This document shows positions 40,896 to 46,011 of a DNA stretch of 46,011 nucleotides, one piece after another (positions within the stretch are counted from its first letter, which is position 1; each line of letters starts with the position of its first letter). Both the position numbers and the translations under genes were made by a program. Below the pieces are notes generated by a model, which saw only the letters and a program-made list of their open reading frames with translations, did not search any database and was not told where the DNA came from. Location of the stretch: IMG/VR virus record IMGVR_UViG_3300011494_000001, positions 1-46,011 of that record, one strand, 5' to 3'. This DNA is from a virus.

Positions 40896-41284
40896 TGGCA
40901 TTCGCTGACGATGTGCGCCGATTCGCTGTGAAGGCTGGCAATTCGAGCGACAAGATTGTCCGCGCCGTCACGCTGTCGCTGTTCAATGGGATCATCCGTG
41001 ATACGCCAGTCGACACAGGTCGCGCCAGGGGGAACTGGCAAACCACTGTCGGGCGGCCAGCATCCGGCGAGATCGATCGGCTTGGCGCTAGCGCAGCAAT
41101 CGCAGAGGTCGAAGCAAAGACGCCGCCTGGCGCTGGCCAAGAGACCTATCTGGCGAACGATCTGCCCTATATCGAAGAACTCGAGAAAGGCAGCTCCAAG
41201 CAATCGCCCGAGGGCATGGTTCGTCGCAACATCGACCGCATCGAGCGCAACCTGAAACGAGCCATCCGCGATAACAAGGTCTGA
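40895..41284 (+). CDS. HK97 gp10-like tail completion protein, 129 aa
   Basis: ...IIRDTPVDTGRARGNWQ... is the gp10-family DTG..NW motif. ATG 40895 overlaps the upstream TGA. Confidence 0.7.
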   Translation: MAFADDVRRFAVKAGNSSDKIVRAVTLSLFNGIIRDTPVDTGRARGNWQTTVGRPASGEIDRLGASAAIAEVEAKTPPGAGQETYLANDLPYIEELEKGSSKQSPEGMVRRNIDRIERNLKRAIRDNKV

Positions 41285-41286
41285 TC

Positions 41287-41703
41287 ATGTCCGAATCCAA
41301 GATCCACAGCGCCCTTGTTTCGGCCTATGTCGCGTCAGGCGTCATGCCTGCGGCGCGAACGGCATTAGAGGGGAAGGCCTTCACGCCGCCGACCGGGCAG
41401 AGCTGGGCGCGCCTCACCGGCTTGCCAACTGGTCGAGCCCCTGCGGCTCAAGGTAAGAGCGCCGCGCAGGAGTGGACCGGCATTCTTCAGATCGACCTGT
41501 TCCACCCCAAGAACACCGGCCACGCCGGGCTACTGACCGACGTAGACGCGCTGCTGGCTTTCTTCATTTCCGGCAAGCGTCTCGACTACCAAGGCCAGGG
41601 CGTACTGATCCGCCGCGCTGAGCGTTCGCAGATTCGCCAGGAAGACGTCTGGCAGTCGGTCAGCGTCAGCATCTACTGCACCGCCTGGTCATTCCCGGCG
41701 TAA
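41287..41703 (+). CDS. Tail terminator-like protein (DUF4128 / gpU position), 138 aa
   Basis: Last ORF before the major tail gene. Sequence flavour recalled for DUF4128. Confidence 0.55.
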   Translation: MSESKIHSALVSAYVASGVMPAARTALEGKAFTPPTGQSWARLTGLPTGRAPAAQGKSAAQEWTGILQIDLFHPKNTGHAGLLTDVDALLAFFISGKRLDYQGQGVLIRRAERSQIRQEDVWQSVSVSIYCTAWSFPA

Positions 41704-41723
41704 CCACAACCCGAAACACCGCG

Positions 41724-41744
41724 GCCCGCCTTGAGCGGGCTTTT
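41724..41744 (+). terminator. Hairpin/terminator upstream of the major tail gene
   Basis: GCCCGC-cttga-GCGGGC followed by TTTTGCATTT. Confidence 0.6.
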
Positions 41745-41763
41745 GCATTTCTGGAGATAGCAA

Positions 41764-42672
41764 ATGCCCTATGCACAAGGCGTCAATCAGAACACCTACA
41801 TCAAGCTGGAGGGCGTCGGCGGCACTCTCGACCCGGCCGTCGCCTGGATTCCGCTGCGTCTCATCACCAATGGCCTGAGTCAGTCGGTCGAGGAGTTGGA
41901 GTCCGACGAGATGCTGCCAGGACGCCACATGGCAGAGTCCCGCAGCGGCGTTTCCAGCGTGGCCGGCGACCTCGAGGCCGAGCTGACCTACGGCACCTTC
42001 GACATGTTGCTCGAGGCGGCTTTCCACGGCACCTGGACCGCCAACGTCCTGAAGACCGGCAGCACTCGCCGCAAGTTCGCCATCCTCAAGCACAACGAGG
42101 ACATTGGCCGCTGGCTGATCTATCGCGGCTGCGAAGTCGGCAGCGTTGCGATCGACTGTCCGCTGCAGGGCAAGATCGGCATCACCTTCTCCATGATCGG
42201 CACCAAGGAAGAGGCATACGTCTTCGATGGCGTGACCGAGAGCATCGCCGACCCGACCGAAACCGTGATGATGACCACGTTCGAGGGTTCGCTGACCGAA
42301 GGCGGCACCGGCCTGAACCACGCGACCGCGCTGAACCTGTCGCTGGACAACGGCATGGAGGCGATTTACCGCCTGTTCAGCCGCGACGCCTACGACATCA
42401 AGCTGGGCCGCATCAACGTCTCCGGCAGTCTGTCCGCGTACATCGAGGACAACCGCCTGAAGGACAAGTACCTCGGCGAGACCAAGACTCCTCTTGTCGT
42501 GACCCTGACCGATGGCGAGAACAGCTATCAGATCAGCATGACCCAGGCCAAGCTGACGACCTCGAGCGAGGAAGGCAGTGGCGACGATCCGATCATCCAG
42601 AATTACGACTTCCGAGCCTTCAATGACCAGGCGGTCGACACTGAGATCACCATCACCCGCATTCCGGCGTAA
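41764..42672 (+). CDS. Major tail tube protein, 302 aa
   Basis: GGAG SD. Position immediately before the chaperone G/GT pair. Very high GC3. Confidence 0.7.
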   Translation: MPYAQGVNQNTYIKLEGVGGTLDPAVAWIPLRLITNGLSQSVEELESDEMLPGRHMAESRSGVSSVAGDLEAELTYGTFDMLLEAAFHGTWTANVLKTGSTRRKFAILKHNEDIGRWLIYRGCEVGSVAIDCPLQGKIGITFSMIGTKEEAYVFDGVTESIADPTETVMMTTFEGSLTEGGTGLNHATALNLSLDNGMEAIYRLFSRDAYDIKLGRINVSGSLSAYIEDNRLKDKYLGETKTPLVVTLTDGENSYQISMTQAKLTTSSEEGSGDDPIIQNYDFRAFNDQAVDTEITITRIPA

Positions 42673-42681
42673 GGGGCTCGC

Positions 42682-43074
42682 ATGAAACCGAGTGACTTTT
42701 TCACCCGGGCCAAGGCGAACGAGGGGGAGCGCATGCCGCTCTCCCTGCCTGACGGTACGCCAACAGATGAGTGGCTGCAGATCCGCGGCGTGGACTCAGA
42801 TCATTTTCGCCATGCCCTCGATGAATTTCGGCGCAAATCTCTGAGCGCTGCTTCCCTAAAAGATCTGGAAGAAAAAGCCGAGAAGGCAGAGGCGGCAAGG
42901 CTGGAGCTAAATGCCGCGCTCGTGATCGGCTGGTCGTTCGATGCCGAGTTCTCAGAGGCTGCGCTTCTGGAGTTCCTGCGCGAATCCCCCTACATCGCGG
43001 CAGAGGTGGACCGGTTCGCGAGTGACCGCCGCCGTTTTTTTGGGAAACGCTCGACGGGCTCGCCGAAGGACTGA
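42682..43074 (+). CDS. Tail assembly chaperone (gpG-like), 130 aa
   Basis: Position between the tube and tape measure genes. Slippery run near the 3' end. Paralogous to 44044..44394. Confidence 0.7.
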   Translation: MKPSDFFTRAKANEGERMPLSLPDGTPTDEWLQIRGVDSDHFRHALDEFRRKSLSAASLKDLEEKAEKAEAARLELNAALVIGWSFDAEFSEAALLEFLRESPYIAAEVDRFASDRRRFFGKRSTGSPKD

Positions 43075-43394
43075 TCGCGCACGCCGAGCATCAACTAGGA
43101 CTGCTGCGACCAGCCGGGCCGAGGCCGAAGAAAGGGCCGGACAAGCGCATCACAGTCCGCGCGCAGCTGGAAGCCATCGCGGAGAAGACCGGCAAACGTC
43201 CGTCACGTCTGGATGGCCCGCCGTGCCCTCCCGAGCTGGCCTATGTCTGGGAGTGGTACTGCTCAGCCAGGCCGATCGGTTCTCTGGTCGAGCTGAAGGC
43301 ATGGGCGGACCTCTACGGGCACACGCTGAAGCCGCACGAGATCATGCTGCTGCGCCGGCTGGCTTCGGTTGAGCAACGCGTGGCGAGCCAGTAG
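42682..43394 (+). CDS. Tail assembly chaperone GT-type fusion made by programmed -1 frameshift at T TTT TTT (43035..43041)
   Basis: The -1 frame is open from 43041 to TAG 43392-94 (117 codons, hand-translated WETLDGLAEGLIAH...VEQRVASQ) and has no start codon of its own. Confidence 0.65.
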
Positions 43395-43395
43395 G

Positions 43396-43425
43396 GCACC
43401 GATTTGGTAAAGTCGGTGCTTTCTT
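43396..43425 (+). terminator. Rho-independent terminator right after the GT frame
   Basis: GCACCGA-tttggtaaag-TCGGTGC followed by TTTCTT. Confidence 0.6.
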
Positions 43426-43439
43426 AGATGGGGCAACAA

Positions 43440-43631
43440 ATGGACTTCGTTCTTTCGCTAATAATGCTGGCTGCGATGATTGGCCTGTATTTCCTGCCCG
43501 GGCTGATCGCCTACATGCGCGGTCACCACAACGCTGTGTCGATCATGCTGCTCAACCTTTTCCTTGGCTGGACGCTGCTGGGATGGGTTGGCGCGCTCGT
43601 GTGGTCAGCATCGTCGAGCAAGCCGCAATGA
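43440..43631 (+). CDS. Superinfection-immunity (Imm_superinfect-like) membrane protein, 63 aa (alternative start 43428)
   Basis: ...LYFLPGLIAYMRGHHNAVSIMLLNLFLGWTLLGWVGALVWS... matches the two-TM Imm-type motif (recollection of PF14373). Lower GC. Confidence 0.65.
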   Translation: MDFVLSLIMLAAMIGLYFLPGLIAYMRGHHNAVSIMLLNLFLGWTLLGWVGALVWSASSSKPQ

Positions 43632-43987
43632 GGCTCGCTGTCGTATGTGCGGCTGCTGTTCTTGGGCTGGCTGGTTGTGATGCGCGCGAACAGGCCTGTA
43701 ATGACGCTAACGCTGCGTATATGGCAGCTCAGGCACTGGTTGCAGAGCGACTGGTTTCGCCGGTGACAGCTTCCTTCCCGATTGCAGGAGAAAAAGGAGC
43801 GCACGTGGATAAGTCTGACGGGTGCAGGTACTTGATCAGCAGCTACGTGGATTCGCAAAACCTGTTCGGAGCCATGGTGCGCAGCAAGTTCGACGCCATC
43901 ATGGTTCTGTCGCCGAATGGATCGTGGGAGCCGGATGGCTTCAACATATCCGAGTTCCAAGGTAACGGAGCAGTCAAGCGCGACTGA
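43628..43987 (+). CDS. Lipoprotein, 119 aa
   Basis: ATG 43628 overlaps the upstream TGA (ATGA). MRLAVVCAAAVLGLAGC signal peptide plus lipobox. Confidence 0.65.
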   Translation: MRLAVVCAAAVLGLAGCDAREQACNDANAAYMAAQALVAERLVSPVTASFPIAGEKGAHVDKSDGCRYLISSYVDSQNLFGAMVRSKFDAIMVLSPNGSWEPDGFNISEFQGNGAVKRD

Positions 43988-44004
43988 CCGTAAAGACACA
44001 TAAG

Positions 44005-44027
44005 AGCCCGCCTAGTGCGGGCTTTTT
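44005..44027 (+). terminator. Rho-independent terminator after the lipoprotein gene
   Basis: AGCCCGC-ctagt-GCGGGCT followed by TTTTT. Confidence 0.75.
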
Positions 44028-44043
44028 AATGCCCGGAGAAAAG

Positions 44044-44394
44044 ATGCGCCCGCAGGATTTCTACACGAAGACGAGGGCCAGCAAGGGCATTGTTGTCTAT
44101 TTTGCCGACCCTGCAGGTAGCCGGGAGTGGATTCGCATCAGGTCCGTGCTAAGCGATGAGTTCAAGGCGGCCTCGTTGCGAGCTGTAGAAGGCGCAGCGC
44201 ATAGCTCGAATGATTCTGGAAAGCAGAAGACTAGGTGTCTCCGAGCCACTCTCGCCGCTGCGCTCATAGCTGACTGGTCGCTGCCTAGCGAAATCGATCC
44301 AGTCCAGCTGCTCATTGAAGCGCCGCGTCTGCGCCGGCAGATCGAGCGCATAGCTGAAAACCATTCAATGCACTTTGGGGTACGCCATGACTGA
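44044..44394 (+). CDS. Second tail-assembly-chaperone paralog (gpG-like, no T extension), 116 aa
   Basis: GGAG 8 nt before ATG 44044. Aligns by eye with 42682 ORF: M(K/R)P.DF(F/Y)T...W(L/I).IR.V.SD.F...AAL(V/I)..WS. The stop overlaps the tape measure start. Confidence 0.55.
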   Translation: MRPQDFYTKTRASKGIVVYFADPAGSREWIRIRSVLSDEFKAASLRAVEGAAHSSNDSGKQKTRCLRATLAAALIADWSLPSEIDPVQLLIEAPRLRRQIERIAENHSMHFGVRHD

Positions 44395-46011
44395 ATACGC
44401 ACGGTTGGTCGTGGCTGTAGATAGCACCCAAGCCGCAAAGGCGAGAGCCGAACTGGACAAGCTGCCTGGATCTGCGCGTAAGGCGAGTTCAGCGGCAGAT
44501 GGCCTCACTTCTAGTTTCAAGAAGCTTGGCGGCGTTCTTGCCACCTATTTCAGCGTGCGCGAGGTGGTTAGAGCTGCTGAGGCATACACCACAATCAACA
44601 ACCGCTTGCGCTTGGTAACGGCGAGTTCCGAGCAATTTGCGCAAGCTCAGGCCGATCTGTTCCGCATCGCGCAGAATTCTAGGCAGCCGCTTACTGAAAC
44701 TGCCGAGCTTTATCAGCGCATCGCAACCAATCAGAAGGAGCTTGGCCTTACCAGCGCAGGTGTCGCGCGTATTACTGAGGTAATCAACAAGTCTCTTGCC
44801 GTATCAGGAACATCCGCAGACTCGGCAGCTGGCGCGCTTACCCAGCTCGGCCAGGCATTCGCATCTGGCCAGCTGCGCGGTGAGGAACTGAACTCGGTGC
44901 TGGAGAACGCTCCCGCTCTGGCGCAAGCCTTGGCGCGCGGCATGGGTGTTACCGTAGGGCAGCTTCGTGCACTAGGTGCTGAAGGGAAAATTTCTGCGCA
45001 GGCTGTAGTCGACGCTCTGCTCAGCCAGGGAGAGGCGCTGGACCAGCAGTTCGCAACGCTGGCGCCTACTGTTTCTGGCGCAATGACTACGGTCGGCAAT
45101 GCGTTTGTCCAACTCGTTGGGCAGATGGACCAAACCACTGGCGCCTCGGCAAATGCTGCTGCCGAGATCATGAAACTGGCCGACATCCTGTCCGATCCTG
45201 CGACGGTGAAAGCGGCCCAAGATCTCGCGGCCGGCATCGCAACTGCACTTGGCTGGGTCGTAGAGGCTGCGACGTCTACCGTTGGCGCCGTCCAGTGGAT
45301 GGCCGAAGAGCTGACGGTTCTGTTCAACGGGATCGGCTTGCATGACATTGACCGCCTCGAGCAGGAAGCGTCTCGTCTGCAAGAGCTGCTCAACAAGATG
45401 GAGCAGCGCGGAGAAACAGGATACGCGATCTACGGAAGCACGAAGGAAAGCTACGACAAGGTAAAACGGCAGCTCGACCAGGCATACGAACTCGCGGATC
45501 TTGCCTCAACGCTTCAGTCAGGCAGTGGTTCGCCTGTTCCGGCAGCTGCGGCTCAGCGCCCGGCGCTCAGGATGGCTAGCAGCGGAACGGGAGTTGTAGA
45601 AAAAGAAATCAGCAATTCAAAAGCTCTGCAGGCGCAGCTCAAAGCTGAACTAGCAGCCAAGCGCGAGTTGACCGCGCAAGAGCAGATCCGCATCGACATC
45701 CTGCGCGAGTCAGGCCAGCTACGCGCCGCCAATGACGCGCAGTTCCAGCTGGAGTACGCCGAGAAAATCGCCGAGTACGAACGCCAGGGCAATGTCGAGG
45801 CGTTGCAGAGGCTGGAAACGCTGCGCCGCATCCGCGAAGTGCAGATGAACGCCGACCAGGCTCCCGGGACGGTTGAAGGCGTCACCAAGGCGCCGAACTC
45901 CGGTGTCGTCTCGCCAGAAATCGGCGGTGCCGCTAGCGAGTTCATGCGCCTGCAGGAACGGGCCACGCAGCTTGAGGAGTGGCGGGCGACAGAGCTCGAA
46001 AAGCAGCGCGG
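44387..46011 (+). CDS. Tail tape measure protein, 5' portion (runs off the window end, continues at 1..765; ~770 aa in total)
   Basis: Hand translation with no stop to the window end. ...TQLGQAFASGQLRGEELNSVLENAPALAQALARGMGVTVGQLRALGAEGKISAQ... is the conserved TMP N-terminal motif. Not in the ORF track because it lacks a stop. Confidence 0.85.
   Translation, partial: MTEYARLVVAVDSTQAAKARAELDKLPGSARKASSAADGLTSSFKKLGGVLATYFSVREVVRAAEAYTTINNRLRLVTASSEQFAQAQADLFRIAQNSRQPLTETAELYQRIATNQKELGLTSAGVARITEVINKSLAVSGTSADSAAGALTQLGQAFASGQLRGEELNSVLENAPALAQALARGMGVTVGQLRALGAEGKISAQAVVDALLSQGEALDQQFATLAPTVSGAMTTVGNAFVQLVGQMDQTTGASANAAAEIMKLADILSDPATVKAAQDLAAGIATALGWVVEAATSTVGAVQWMAEELTVLFNGIGLHDIDRLEQEASRLQELLNKMEQRGETGYAIYGSTKESYDKVKRQLDQAYELADLASTLQSGSGSPVPAAAAQRPALRMASSGTGVVEKEISNSKALQAQLKAELAAKRELTAQEQIRIDILRESGQLRAANDAQFQLEYAEKIAEYERQGNVEALQRLETLRRIREVQMNADQAPGTVEGVTKAPNSGVVSPEIGGAASEFMRLQERATQLEEWRATELEKQR
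45935..46011. repeat. Copy of the 77-bp end overlap (identical to 1..77)
   Basis: Direct comparison of the two window ends. Confidence 0.95.

Noticed and set aside
42941-43372. 143-aa track ORF overlapping the chaperone 3' end as the T part of GT.
   Set aside because: It is in the wrong frame (+1 relative to G) and has Arg/Ala-rich junk composition. The real T extension is the -1 frame, which lacks a start codon and so is absent from the track.

Overview
The window is a complete, self-closing genome of about 45.9 kb (the two ends share an identical 77-bp sequence). It belongs to a temperate, lambda-like siphovirus with GC-rich, strongly GC3-biased coding. A Pseudomonas-like host is only my guess from composition and protein flavour.

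Circular layout, in order:
- Tape measure gene, split by the window ends.
- Minor tail proteins, an NlpC/P60 protein and a gpJ-like tip protein.
- A lower-GC beta-helix tailspike.
- Endolysin plus embedded Rz/Rz1 spanins.
- A convergent SLOG/DUF2493-like gene.
- attP region, tyrosine integrase and excisionase.
- A leftward early operon of about 12.5 kb with about 30 tightly ATGA-coupled ORFs. It includes N6-adenine and C5-cytosine DNA methyltransferases, an SSB-like/Gp157/Rad52-type recombination module, an HNH endonuclease and several micro-ORFs.
- PL/OL with a boxB-boxA nut-like leader.
- A (GGAATCA)x7 tandem repeat.
- The cI(S24)-OR-cro switch.
- Two RHH-like ORFs, a tR1-like terminator and a T5orf172-like moron.
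- A replication organizer and DnaC-like loader.
- A nin-like region: TraR, NinB, Ref/YbcO-like, DUF3310, RuvC-like, HTH-metallophosphoesterase and a Q-position ORF.
- An operator-gated strong promoter, three orphan genes and a strong terminator.
- About 0.3 kb of noncoding DNA, then a dual-start lambda-S-type holin.
- terS/terL, portal, Mu-F-like protein, scaffold, capsid, connectors and tail tube.
- G/GT chaperone with a -1 frameshift.
- A terminator-bracketed Imm-like plus lipoprotein cassette.
- A second chaperone paralog, then back to the tape measure.

I found no rRNA, tRNA, CRISPR array or transposase.

Best candidates for something new:
- The repressor-gated three-gene cassette at 30.8-32.3 kb.
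- The terminator-bracketed cassette inside the tail module, with its duplicated chaperone.
- The T5orf172-like and SLOG-like morons.
- The hairpin-dense, ORF-free 0.77-kb gap next to the HNH gene.
- The heptamer array beside the immunity region.

All family names come from motif recognition by eye. No database search was run.
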